A stretch of DNA of 63,088 nucleotides, counting the filler, from Octopus bimaculoides (lineage: Eukaryota), in NCBI RefSeq assembly GCF_001194135.2. It is 5 parts of 5 records of this genome, joined end to end, with 100 filler letters (N's around TTAATTAATTAA, not from the genome) between each part and the next. Parts side by side here need not be neighbours in the genome. Positions count along the whole stretch, not along the records: positions 37,241 to 52,953 come from NC_068981.1; 4 more parts are not named here. One strand, written 5' to 3'. The notes beneath the pieces are model-generated. The model was not told the origin of the DNA, made no database searches, and saw only the letters and a program-made list of their open reading frames with translations. Shown one piece after another: positions 39,950 to 52,734 of the stretch. The position numbers were made by a program, and so were the translations under genes. Each line of letters opens with the position of its first letter. Positions within the stretch are counted from its first letter, which is position 1.

Positions 39950-41820
39950 AACTCCATCGTACTTTCTGCTCTCACCAGCAACGATTCATCAAACTTCCCA
40001 TTTCGACCACTACAGTGTTACCACCATGTTTGAGCATTTCTGTGGTGATTTCATCCAATGCAGCAGGCTTGTTGTTTGTTAACTTGATTGATTTTCTAAT
40101 CTCTTTGGTCGCTATCTTATCATTTTCTTGGTCCGAGTTGTACAGTTTTCTCGAGGTTGGTTAACTTAATGTCTTTCAGAAGTATTCCATCCATCTTGTT
40201 CTGTCGTCAGAAAAATCATTCACTGTTTATCCTTCACTGGTATGTTTGAGCTGCTCTTTGCTCCACTTAGCTTGCTGTAGAAAGTTCTTGGAGCATTTCA
40301 AATGGCTGCTTTTTCTGCCTCTGTGCTCTCTGTNNNNNNNNNNNNNNNNNNNNNNNNNNNNNNNNNNNNNNNNNNNNNNNNNNNNNNNNNNNNNNNNNNN
40401 NNNNNNNNNNNNNNNNNNNNNNNNNNNNNNNNNNNNNNNNNNNNNNNNNNNNNAAAGTTCTTGGAGCATTTCAAATGGCTGCTTTTTCTGCCTCTGTGCT
40501 CTCTGTGTCTAGCCAGGCTTTTCTGTCAGTATGACAGTTTCGTTTTACCAGTCGGTTAAGATCTTGGTATTCTTTGTCATACTTTTCCATTTTTTTCCTC
40601 TGTATTCACTATTTCTCTGATGTTCTTAGTTTATTTTGTATCTATAAGATCCCATATTCTTTCTTGGATCCAATGCTCTCTCTTTGAACCTCTTCTTCCT
40701 GTTGTTTCTTCTGTCGTCTTGGTCACAGTTTCTCTGAAGGTATTCCAATGTTCCTCTACGTCAAGTTCCGTTTTTGGAGTTGCTGGAACCTGCATCTTAG
40801 TACTGTCTGATTGATATTGCTCTGACGTTTGAATGCCTAATCCTATGTCTTCACTTCTGTATACCCTGGCTTAAGGATGATCTCCCTTGCTGACTGATAC
40901 ATATATTATCAATCTAATTGTTGGTGACTCCGTCTGGCGATCTTCGTGTTTTCTTGTGTATAGTTTCGTGTTTTGAAATATGGATTTCCGATGCTGAAGT
41001 CTTTCATGCTACAGAAAAGTAATATCCGCTCTCAAATGTCATTTGTTCTCTCTGCTGATCCAAATGATCCAAGAATTCTCGACGCCTTACCTGCTCTTGT
41101 TGATTTGTGCATTAAGATTACCCATTAATATTTTAATATCATGCTTAGGGCTATTATTGAACATGTATTGTAGTTGTTCATAGAAATCATGTTTGTCAGT
41201 GTCTAGTGCATTTTCTATTGGTGCATACATGATGCTTACTTATGCGTGTTTTGACTGAAATGGGCTGTGATGATGCAATCAATGAATTGTTTCCATCGAA
41301 TGCGTGCTTAAGTGACCTATTTGTCCAGTAGCATGCCCATTGCAAGGCTATGTTGATCTTCAAGACCGGGGTAAATTATTGCTTATTTCTATCTTTGCAT
41401 TGTTTTCCATTTACGCTCTATCACATCTTATTGATTCTGAAGATGTTGAGTTGGAACTCCTTGAATTCTCTCATAAATTTTTCTATTTTTTCCCACATTG
41501 ATACAATGTTAGTACATTCCATGTACCTGGGTTTGTTAACATTTTTGGTGCTCAGAATTTGGCACTACGGGACCCTAACTTCCGCTTCGCTTTCATTAGA
41601 GTCAGACATTGTTGAATCATTTCCGTTACTATCTTCTTCACGTAGCTTTCGCGATTGGCTTTCTTTTGCTGTTTCTTTAGCTGTTCCCGTTTAACGAGAT
41701 TCGATTGCTTGTCCAATCTCCAGCGTAGCTCATTTTTTCCGGGCTCAGGATCGACGTTTTAGGATATACATACCAAGGCAATTACTGATGGGAGTTCACA
41801 CTGCTGTCAGCGCCTGGTAA
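39950..41820 (-). mobile_element. RTE-clade LINE 5' part (5' UTR, APE endonuclease, start of RT), decayed
   Basis: PGTWNVLTLYQCGK (APE start) and GNLNAQI (GDFNA-like), followed by RWMEYF and KPAALDEITTEMLKHGG (RT N-terminus). Many stops. Confidence 0.8.
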
Positions 41821-41829
41821 AGGTTTATG

Positions 41830-43225
41830 CAAAGTGCTTCTAAACAGGCTGCAAGAAGCTGTGGATTGCTGTCCTACTTTAATGATCCACCCACTAATGA
41901 TGAAATAACGGTAGCTGTAAAACTGATAAATACCAGAAAAGTCCCCGGGAATAATGGTATTGTTACTGAGTTACTTCAGAAAGATGGTAGTGAGATACTC
42001 AGGCTTTTATCAACCATATTTCACACAGTATTGATAAGAGGTAAAATATTATGAAAGTGGAAAGTTGTCATTCTTGTTTCATTGTTTAAGAAAAGACCCT
42101 AAGACATATGTGATAACTACTGCTGGATCTCCCTGTTGCCAGTTGTTCAGTTGCTAGACCATGCTGCACCTGATGTGACTTTCAGCCAAATCGAGATACA
42201 ATGGATATGATCTTTACAGCCCAACAAGTTCAAGAGAAGTGCAGAGAACAACAATTTGATCCGTATCAGTGTTTCATGGATGTTACCAAGGCCTTTGACA
42301 CTGTATATAGGCCAGCTCTTTGGAGTACCCGGAAAAGTTAACAGGACTCACTCGATCTTTTCCTGACAACATGAAAGCTTGCGTTTGCGTCAATGGTCTA
42401 TCACTAGAACCCATTCTGGTTGAATCTGGTGTTAAATAGGATGATTCCTGGCCCCTAGTACGTTCGCCATCTTCTTTGCTGTTGTTATCTTGCAAACCTT
42501 TGCGGATATTGATATTGATATCTACATTCATTACCGTAAAACAGGGAAGATTTTCTTCATCCGTGGTTTTACTGCTCTAACAAAAACTTTCATGACTCTT
42601 ATTCATAATCTCCTTTACGCCGATGATAGCGATATCGTCTAGCTGCGTATGAAGAGCTTGGACTTACAATCAGTCGGAAGAAGACTGCAACCATGTTACA
42701 ACCTGCACAAAGTAAACCATATGTTCCACCATCGATATACATCAAGGATACAAAGTTAAAATTCATGGATAAGTATGTCTACCTTGGTAGCTCACTATCT
42801 AGATTTAATACACTTGACAAGGAGGACAGTTATAAACATTCAAAGGCTTGTGATGCGTTTGGAAAGCTTGAATTGAAGTTCAAGTGGCACTGAAACAGGT
42901 GTTGTGCTTTGAGCAGGAGCAAAGAAAACCTCCCCTCTGCAAGCCACTCAAGCGTTTCAAAAGCAATCATAAGGGCATACTTGATAAGATCAATATCAAT
43001 ACTAAAGCCTGTAAAGATCAGAGAGAGAGTTGTGGAGAAATCTGATTGATACTGGTGTTAAAGAATTCGAGAATAACACGGTTGCACACACTGAGTTGAA
43101 ACATTTAGGTAAATATATGGAGGATATGAACCTTCTACTCAAGAAGGGCACAAAAGAGTCTCTTTCGTGTGATCGGTGTGGTCGTATCTGCTCCTCAAAG
43201 ACGAGTCAACTCAATTCACACGTTT
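41830..43225 (+). mobile_element. RTE/BovB-like LINE RT-to-3'-end fragment, decayed
   Basis: [63 protein letters not shown] and a terminal CDRCGRICSS zinc-finger remnant. Confidence 0.9.
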
Positions 43226-44079
43226 GACACCTGTCTACCAATGTGATATTCAGCACGATCTTTCGTGCACCCTGCGTATCAGAAACTGCTGGTAGGCCAG
43301 TGGACTCACTTAGCACTGTAGGTGCCCTCATCCAGATGGTCATGTTGCTGCTGCTGGGGATGACATGTGGTCGATGTGTAATAACTTTGTAGATTCCTTG
43401 CAAGTCTCTGGAGCAATGTGAGATGCATTCAGCGATGGGGAGGCCAAACGTCAGATGTTTCTTAGAGTGAAATAGGTTTAAAAAGTGGTCTTATTCGGTC
43501 AAGACTCGACTTGAATCATGTATTATGCATATGTATATATACGTATGTAAATATACATGTGTATGTATGTATGTATGTATTTATGTATGNNNNNNNNNNN
43601 NNNNNNNNNNNNNNNNNNNNNNNNNNNNNNNNNNNNNNNNNNNNNNNNNNNNNNNNNNNNNNNNNNNNNNNNNNNNNNNNNNNNNNNNNNNNNNNNNNNN
43701 NNNNNNNNNNNNNNNNNNNNNNNNNNNNNNNNNNNNNNNNNNNNNNNNNNNNNNNNNNNNNNNNNNNNNNNNNNNNNNNNNNNNNNNNNNNNNNNNNNNN
43801 NNNNNNNNNNNNNNNNNNNNNNNNNNNNNNNNNNNNNNNNNNNNNNNNNNNNNNNNNNNNNNNNNNNNNNNNNNNNNNNNNNNNNNNNNNNNNNNNNNNN
43901 NNNNNNNNNNNNNNNNNNNNNNNNNNNNNNNNNNNNNNNNNNNNNNNNNNNNNNNNNNNNNNNNNNNNNNNNNNNNNNNNNNNNNNNNNNNNNNNNNNNN
44001 NNNNNNNNNNNNNNNNNNNNNTATATATATATATATATATATATATACATACATACATACATACATACATAAATAAATA

Positions 44080-44755
44080 AATGGAGCTAAACGCAGGTGT
44101 TATTCAAATTCTTTTACTTCCGACACATGTTTCGATGATGTCATTGGTATTATTCCAAAAGAATGAAATAGTCTAAAACAGTGTAATCTTCTCTTCAGGG
44201 AAATGAAGAAATAAAACTTGTCAATAAGACATTTTAGCAGAATGTGATGGATATGTATAGTGATGAACTGAATGCTATTAAGCTTTATTAAACGAACACT
44301 AGAGGGGTAAAGGGAAAAAAATCAGAAACCATATAAATGAGATGTATAGGACGATATGCAAATTTTAATAAAACTCTAAAGTCTTGGAAGAACATATATC
44401 TAGTGGAAGTGAAATGTAAGAAGAAAATCAATGTTTAAATTATATATAACGGTAGATATTACTTATATGAACTAAAGGTGTGTTTCTGCCAATGTTTACA
44501 TCGGTAAGTACGCTCTATAACCCTATTTATAAGTGGATTTTTAGAAAAAAGAATAAAAAATACTTCACAATTACAGAGAAGACAGAATTTCTTGCCTTTA
44601 TCAGAAGGGAACGAAATGGAGAGAATCAACCAATCTAAATGAAATTGTTTATTATAGTCTTTTAGATACCAAATTAATTTACTAAACCCTGCACTGTTAT
44701 GTTTATTTCTATCCCTAAATGTAGAGTAATGATTAGAAATTCGTTTTAGATAACT
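44080..44755 (-). mobile_element. Penelope-like element 3' end (GIY-YIG C-terminal region, 3' UTR and pLTR)
   Basis: An open frame without ATG at 44750-44459 reads KRISNHYSTFRDRNKHNSAGFSKLIWYLKD...DWLIL...CLLCNCEVFFIL...LINRVIERTYRCKH. A hammerhead lies downstream. Confidence 0.85.
44116..44204 (-). ncRNA. Type I hammerhead ribozyme motif (PLE-associated)
   Basis: AUUUCC-CUGAAGA-GAAGAU...AUCAUC-GAA-ACAUGUGU-C-GGAAGU: 6-bp stem I, stem II 5 of 6 paired with a long loop, self-complementary stem III, GUC cleavage triplet. Confidence 0.8.
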
Positions 44756-44927
44756 AAGAACTACCTATATATAAAAACAATGTATATAGGAGCGAATTGA
44801 AAAAGTTGCAAGATGCAACGAATATTTTTGAAAAAATAAATAACTAAATGAGTGGAAATCGAAAAGGTGAGTGTGTTAAATAAGGCACTAAAAGAGAATG
44901 ACTCTCCCCAGACACAATAATATATAC

Positions 44928-44980
<53 letters not shown>

Positions 44981-45069
44981 AGAGAGAGAGAGAGAGAGTG
45001 TGTGAGTGTGTGTGTGTATGTGTGTATGTATGTATGTATGTATGCATGTATGTATGTATGTATGTATGT

Positions 45070-45490
45070 ATGCATGTATGTATGTATCAAGAGGTAATCT
45101 TTATATCCAGCTTAACATGGAGGTCTTTGTATAATACTGTGATATTAACCTTGACAGATCCTCTTATATAGGTGCCTGGTGCATAAAAGAACACACATAG
45201 ATCGTAGTAGATAAGAATCTTCTGTCATGAGTGGCAGAATTCCCATATCATGGGATTTCATTTTATTGGAAATCATCAGTGGGAGGTGTCCAGTCACCAC
45301 ATGCCAGTCAGATCTCACTGCTACAATGAAGCATCTTTTCAAATAATGATGTCCTAAATAGCACAGCAGGCTTATTAAAAATTAATTATTAGCGGCTCAA
45401 TCCAGTCTTGAGGCACCTTCTGAGTTCTCCAACAATGACAAATTAGTATATTTAAGAGTTCAAACATTTTGTCACCCCCATATTTCGAGT
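45070..45490 (-). mobile_element. Scrambled RTE fragments (endonuclease-like piece plus an 86-bp copy of 47116-47201)
   Basis: 45401-45486 matches 47116-47201 with one mismatch by eye. The adjacent sequence weakly resembles the RTE APE region. Confidence 0.45.
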
Positions 45491-46659
45491 CATATTTACT
45501 ACAACATTTCATCTCATATTAACAAAAGTTGGGAGAAAATTGCGCAATGAAACCTATGTAGACATAAACAGCGTGTGAATATTTCATTTCCTTTTCTTGA
45601 AAATATTTTACAAGAAAAGAGATTTAAAACATCAATTTCCCTTCGTACTAAGACATGCTTGCGAACACTTCACCTAGTTGAATTAATTCTCATGGATCAA
45701 CGATAAATAGTATCATATAATTCCCAATACCTTATAAGAAAATACCAATTACATTTGTGTGACATTCAAAAGAAACCAAGACATTTTTCAATAATATTTA
45801 AGCAAAAAACAAATGCTGAAGAGACAGGTGGAGTAGTTTAAGTAAAAAAAAAAAAATATCCATGAACAAAATTTCCTTTCTAGCTTCAATTGTTTAACGT
45901 AAGTATTACTTAGTTCAAAATTTGTGTCTCAGCAACTGAAATCGAAATAGTTTGTGACTCATGCAGAATCTCTAGACTAAGGTCAAATATAATTCAACCT
46001 TGAAAAGCAATATTTCCAGTACATTTCCTGTCATATTCAATAAAGCGTTTCAGCTCGTATTCACAGATGTTGAGAGAATACTGCACAATTAAACGTACAT
46101 AAACACAAGGAGACTATGAAAATTTTACTCCCGTTTCTTGAATATGTTTTATATTAATTTTTTTTTTGTATCTAGTGAGAGTCATAATGTCAATATAATT
46201 AACATGCTTGCAGACACTTCATCTGGTTTAACTCATTGTATTATATAAAAGGAAATACCAACTGTATTTGTGTGATCTTCAACAAGGTAAAGAAATTTTT
46301 CAATAATATTTAAACAAAGAATAAGTGCTGAAGAGACAGGTGGAGTGGTTTAAGTATCTCGGAGCCGTATTCACGAGCGATGGCAAGCTGGAAGCAGAAC
46401 TGCAGAGTAAAGGTGCAGGTGTTGGTACAGTAATACGACAGCTCCATTATTTGATCCTTAAAAGAGGCATCATTGGGGGAAAAAAACCAAACTCACCATC
46501 TGCAATTCGGTTTCCACGCTTTCAACACCTATGGTTATACTGCGGGTATGTGATTAGAATGTAACATGAAATAATCGCAAGACAGATTGGTGAGACCGAG
46601 GCAACTGGCAGAAGATGTAGAGTTAGAACAAGAACAACAGCAAAGTATATTGCAAAGAG

Positions 46660-48240
46660 GGTGGGTGCATCAAGGTTTCCTTGCTTTACTCCTTTTTCCA
46701 CAGCAAAAGATTCAGAGCCAAAGTTAACTAGTTTTCATATCTTGATGTAAATCCCTGATTATGTTTACAAATTTTTCTGGGCTACCTATTTTCCTTAGAG
46801 TTAGCCACATAGCATTTCAATTAACAGTATCGAATGCTTTGCTCAAATCAACAAAGCAAGGGTATAGAGCAAGATTCTGTTCAATGCACTTTTCTTGTAT
46901 TTGTCTGACAGTAAAGATACAATCAGCTGTCCACTTGGAGGAACGAAAACTACACTGAGACTCAGACACTATATTTGGAACTATAAAGGTATTTAAACGT
47001 TCTAACAAAACGCGGGTAAGTAACTTTGCAACCACAGAGAAATGCGAAATCACACGAAAATTACCACACAGATCCTTTGGCCCTGGTTTATACAAGGAGA
47101 CTAAAATGGCATCACTCCAGTCTTGAGGCACTTTCTGAGTTCTCCAACAATGACAAATTAGTATATTTAAGAGTTCAAACATTTTGTCACCCCCATATTT
47201 CAAGACTTCTGCACAGATTCCGTCAGACCCTGGAGACTTATTGTTATTCAGCTTATTCACAGCTAAATAAATGTCATTTAGAATTAGTTCAAATGCCATC
47301 TCTTCTATAACTGGAAGGTGTTCAATTTTTTCCTATCCTCCTCATGTCAACTTTTACCGCCCTTTGAATACGCAGCTGTATTTCTGTATTTAAATTTCCA
47401 TCATTTTGAACAAAATTTTAGCGGGGTTACAGCAACGGATGATGGTCTGTTCAAAAGTGCGGGAAAATGTTCTACCCAACGCTTATTAATAGGAGAGGTC
47501 TTAGTCAGAAGAAATCACCCGTTTGCTGTTCTCATTGGAGCTATTGAAGAAGATTTTGGGTCACATACCTCCTTAACATAAGAGTACAAATCCATGGCAT
47601 CATTTCTATAAGCTGCTTCTTGTGCCCCTTTTGCTCTATCATTTCCCCATTCCTTTTTAATTTTCCCTAGAGGAGTCTGCACTTTCCTTTTCAGCTTTCT
47701 GTAAGCTTCGTTTGAGTTGGGGTTCAAGGACTGAGAAAGAAGTGTATTGCCTAAGGTTTGTTTTTCTAAAAGTAGATCATGAATTTCTGCTGATCTATCT
47801 GAGAACCAGTCACTGGATTTATGAGATTTAAATCCCACTGACGAACTTGCAGCCTGAAATACTTTTACTTTGAAATCTTCCCGTAGATTGTTTTGGTCAT
47901 GGTGGAATCTTTGCAAGTTGCTTGATAATTTGAAGTTTGCAACATTTAACTTTTTGGGTACCTTAGGACCAGACTGTTGATTTTTAGGCATTATCGAAAA
48001 ATCTATTTTTCCATACACTAGATGATGATCAATCCATCTTTCTGCCCCTCTCATGGTCTGAACGCTAGAAACGTCTTTTATATCACGTTTTCTGATCAGA
48101 ATATAATCTATGAGATGCCAGTGCTTAGATTTTGGGTGCATCCAGGTGGTTTTATATTTATTTTTCTGCTTAAACAGTGTTGGTGACAACCAGATTATTC
48201 TCAGTACAAAAACGTCGCTCTTGAGTGCTACTGGTAACAT
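46660..48240 (-). mobile_element. RTE/BovB-like LINE (endonuclease C-terminus to RT N-terminus)
   Basis: ORF 47515-48300 has KTTWMHPKSKHWHLIDYILIRKRD. ORF 46817-47299 has NKSPGSDGICAEVLKYGG...CIFTVRQIQEKCIEQN...FVDLSKAFDTVN. Confidence 0.92.
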
Positions 48241-48304
48241 GTAATCCAGTACAACCTGGCGCATGGTCGGGTCATCGGCGACATACATACATACATACAT
48301 ACAT

Positions 48305-49235
48305 ACATGATGATGGCTGCCCCCTCGTTATCGTGTTTGGCTATTGCACGAGGCTTAACTGTTATCGGTGCTGTGATTGAATGTGACTTTTTAGCCCAGA
48401 TAAAGATCTACAATGTCTTGTACAGAATTGGCAGCTAAAACCTTTACCTGCAATAGCCGGCTGTGGTTGTAACTGGACTTCATGTACCTTTGCATGTCGT
48501 TTAAGTCCTCCCGCCGAATTACACTCCCTTCTACATACCTGACAGATATGATTAGTATGGTATGTAGCACCACCACCAGCGGCCTGGTTGTCAATCCTCT
48601 GTCTCGCTTTATGACAACGAAGATGACTCTTGAGTCCAGCTTTACTGAGGCAGGGTCTTGCACAGACACTGCATGTCATCGTCATAGGAAGACCCTTACC
48701 GTCTGGAAGTGCAACAGCGATGCCCTTCCTGACATCTCTCCTTACTTTCTCATGCGCAACTTGAGATTTCTCAAAAGTAGCTGTCTCCTCATGCACAATC
48801 CTTCTCCCACCTGCTACGGTCAATAGCTATGCCCTTCCATGTGGAGGTCGTTCTCCTTTAGTTAACTCTTCATAAAAGAGTTGTTTTGGCATCCTTGAAT
48901 CTTTCATCCTGACCAGATGACTTCTCCATCTGAGCCTTTGCTTCAACACAAGAGCTTCTATACTTTCGCACCGAGAGCCTTCCAATATCTCAAGATCACT
49001 GATGCGGTCCTCCCAATTAATGCCATAGATCCGTCTGAGCCACATCTGATGGAAACGTTCCAGCTGTTTAAGGTGGTACCAATATGTGACTCAGGTCCCG
49101 CAGGCATAAAGAAGAGAAGAGACCACACACGCCTTGTACACCTTTATTTTTGTCTTCTTGCACATGTCTCACCGACTACAGAGACACCTTTCTAGCCTTC
49201 CGAAAGCATCACTTGCTTTCCTAATTCTGTATGGA
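48305..49235 (-). mobile_element. RTE-clade LINE 3' end with three C-terminal C2H2 zinc fingers
   Basis: QRLRWRSHLVRMKDSRMPKQLFY followed by ORF 48362-48823 with CSVC..HLRCH, CQVC..HAKVH and CQFC..HIQSQH. Short 3' UTR ending in CATCAT(GTAT)n. Confidence 0.92.
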
Positions 49236-49257
49236 ATCAAGTCGCTTATCATACACA

Positions 49258-49290
<33 letters not shown>

Positions 49291-49892
49291 TTTAAGTTTC
49301 AACAGGACATGTTCTATCCTTAATTCACTGAGTGTGTAGACAAGTGGTTACAGTTAGCATTATAGGCAATTATAGTGTACTGGTATACCAGTTCAATAGT
49401 AAGTATTAGTATGATAGGTTAGTAGTGGACTGTGTTAGTCCTCCTAAAGTATTTCTTTGGTGGTGATATCTCATTAAATATTTATATCTGTGAGCAAAAT
49501 TTCATATCTAGCTTCAATTGTTTAACATAACTATTATTTAGTGCAAGAGAGGAGTGAATAACCACACAAATATAATTTGTGTCTACCAGCACCTGAAATC
49601 GGAATAGTTTGAACTCATACAGGAGCTCTAAACTAAGGTCAAATATAATTGAAGCTTGAAAAGCAATATTTCCAGTACATTTCATGTCATTTTTAATAGA
49701 GTATTTTATCTTATATTCACGAAAGTTGAAGGACTACTGCGCAATCAAACCTATGTGGAGACAAGGAGCGGCTTACTCCTTTTGTTGAATATATTTTATA
49801 TGAAAAATAGTTAATATATCGGCTTCTGTTCTTAATGAGACATGCTTGCGAACACTTCACCAAGTTGATTTAATGCTCATGAATCAACAATA

Positions 49893-50880
49893 AGCAAGAG
49901 CAATCAGAGGGCGCTAACCTCCGACAAGGTAACACCAACGTCCTCTCAACGATTATCCGAAGATGATTTTTTAAATGAGAATATCTGAAATAAACTCGAC
50001 TGCTCTCACAAACGTGAATATTAGAAATGAACCCGACCGCTCTCAAAAATTAAGTAAAAAAGCGGAAAAATAATTCAGAATCCTTGTCCGGTACCTGATC
50101 GATCCCAATGGTAGTCATGGCATGTGAAGGAGGCTGTAGAAAATTTAGTAACAGTAATAAATAGTTTATCCTTATCTCAAACAAACCTAAGTTTCAAAAT
50201 AGTTTCAAAGGCGGAGATAATAATAATAATAAGTTCTACTCAGGAATTTTTCGATGAATAGCATGAGATCTTTCGGTTTTCACTTCTCTTAAATTCCGGC
50301 TACTGTTTTAGATCGATGTATAGATGTATATATATATGTAAGTTTACTGTAAGGTGTTAATATGTATGTGCAATAAATAATATATATTATATATTTTTAT
50401 ATATTATAATATATTATATTATATATAATATATTTATATACATTATAATATATTATATATATTATAAAAATATGTTAGTGATATTTAATTTCTGAAGGGT
50501 TTTGCTGCCGATTGTTTATGTAGTTTGATTTCTTTATCCATCAGTTTCTTCTAAGATAGAGACGCGAGTAAAATTAATAATAGAGAAACGAAAATAAAAC
50601 TTTGGAAACAGCCTAAATGGGAGATAACCGAGAAAGACTTGAAAGTGAACGTAAGATCGTAATCATGTAAAGTAAATATAATGAATAATCCAGAATACTT
50701 GTCTGGTACTGGATCGATTCCAAAATCTAATCAGTTCGTGCCAGTCACGAGGCCAAACACCCACTGAATGTTTCATCCGAATCCATCCAGCGGTTCTTGA
50801 GATATCTTGTCCACGGACAAACAAACAAACAAGCAAACACAAATGAAAACAATACTCCGCCTTCGCTAAGGTGGAGGGTA
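49893..50880 (+). mobile_element. Non-autonomous Helentron/DINE-1-like element with an internal cargo segment
   Basis: 5' subterminal AACCTCCGACAAGG, 3' (ACAA)n microsatellite and terminal hairpin CTCCGCCTT-CGCT-AAGGTGGAG followed by GTAA. It splits one unit of the 640-bp array. Confidence 0.7.
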
Positions 50881-52570
50881 ATAATATCATATAATTCCCA
50901 ATAGCCCATTGAATCATATATAAATTTATAAAGAAAATACCGATTGTATCTGTGTGATCTTCAATAAAATCAAGAAAATTTTCAATAATATTTAAGAGAC
51001 AGGTATAGTAGTTTCAGTATCTTGGAGCCGCGGTTACGAGCGATAGAAAGGTGGAAGCTGAATTGCAGAGTGGAATTTCAGGTGCTGCCACAGTAATGCC
51101 ACAGGTCCATTATTTGATCCGTAAAAGAGAAATGATTCGGCGAAAAAAAAAAAAATATCCATGAGCAGAATTTCATATCTAGCTTTAATTGTTTAACATA
51201 AGTATTACTTACTTCAAGAGAGGAATGAACAAACACACAAAATATAGTTTGCGTCTCTCAGCAACTGAAATCGAAATAGTCTGTGACTCATACAGGATCT
51301 CTAGACTAAAGTCAAATATAATTCAGCCTTGAAAACTATATCTCCTGTCATATTCAATAAAGCATTTCATTTCATATTCACGGATGTTGAGAGAATACTG
51401 CACGATCAAACGTACATAAACACAAGGAGCTTGTGAAAATTTTACTTCCGTTTCCTGAATATGTTTTATATCAAATTTTGTTGTGTCTAGGGAGAGTCAT
51501 AATGTCGATATAATTAGCATGCTTGCAGACACTTCACCTGGTTGAGAATCTACAGTAAATAATATCAGACAATTTCCACTAACTCATTGAATTATATAAA
51601 AGGAAATACCAAAAAGGAGAGGAAGGGGATATTTCCTAAAGTAGGGCCTAAGTCGTAACAAATAAAAACTCTATAACTCCTAAACTACTTAAACTAGAAA
51701 TCTAAAATTTGAGATATACTGCTTGTGCATTGCATTAAGTCAGCACACCGAGTTTGGTAAAAAGTAAAGTAGGCATCATGAACCCCACAAGAATTTTTCC
51801 TGATTTGGGTTAAAAGTGGTGTCAGCATTCTTCAGTTGGGGGTGATGTTCTTTTAAAAAACTTAAAATAAAGGTTATTTTCCCTATTTATATGTTTATCG
51901 ATTTTTGATACAGGAAATTGTTTACTTCCAAAAAATCAAAAGATCATAACCCTAGTGTGTAAGCGTGTTAGAAATAACTTATCAAGTCAAGTCCGTTTAT
52001 TTATATGTGCGTGTGCGCATAATTATTTGAAAATAAAATCTAACTGTTATAATCTTGTATTATTATGTTTATATTTATGTGTGTGTGTGTACATGTACGT
52101 GAAAGAAACTAAAGAAAATACTAATATTAGATAGACATCTATATATTTTATAGTTTGCAGTAAGACTATCAATGAATAAATGTTATCAATATTTTCTGTG
52201 TGTACATAAGACAAAATTATGATTAATATTAATATTGTTCAGAATTTTCATATTAATTAGTTTTAATTATTCGATTTAAGGGTTATTTATGTTAATAATA
52301 AATTTTATTAGTTTTAAACAAGAGAGTAGTATAAATTATGTATTACGGGATTACATTGAATGCAATTTGTCTAGTGTGATAAAAGATTTAGTGTATTACG
52401 CCATCAAAATTTGTGTTGTTGATAGATTTTCAATATTTACTATTAAGATATTAAGTATCATATCAGTTAATTAAGTTTATCAATATAAATAATCAATATT
52501 ATTAATTAGACTTATTAGTATTATATTATATTATTTATATGTATTTTTATATATTCAATTTTTTAATCTA

Positions 52571-52609
<39 letters not shown>

Positions 52610-52734
52610 ATTATATTCAAATTTATTTATTCTAATTATACTTCCTAAAAACATATTTAGAGGAATGTGAACAAGAATAAATTTTCTCTTGTCTGGAACT
52701 GTCTCTTATTTGGAATTGTTAATAATAGCTCATT

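Larger units (their letters stand above)
45520..51610 (+). repeat. Interrupted local tandem array of a roughly 640-bp unit containing a LINE RT scrap
   Basis: Units or part-units at about 45520-45845, 45850-46490, 49490-49890 plus 50885-51140, and 51150-51610 share ATATCCATGAGCAGAATTTC...CAACTGAAATCGAAATAGT...GGTCAAATATAATT...GAAAATACC...GAGACAGGT. One part translates as QVEWFKYLGAVFTSDGK. A diverged copy lies at about 39540-39915. Confidence 0.85.

Noticed and set aside
40273-40506. Identical ~55-bp sequence on both sides of an N gap
   Set aside because: Most likely unmerged contig overlap, an assembly artefact.
39950-43225. Back-to-back RTE halves resembling a twin-priming 5' inversion
   Set aside because: The two halves overlap by about 55 codons at the RT start and are very different there, so they are separate families.
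50255-50305. Hammerhead-like word on the minus strand (UUUAAGA...CGAAAGAUCUC)
   Set aside because: The core is mutated and stems I and II do not pair. At best it is a fossil.
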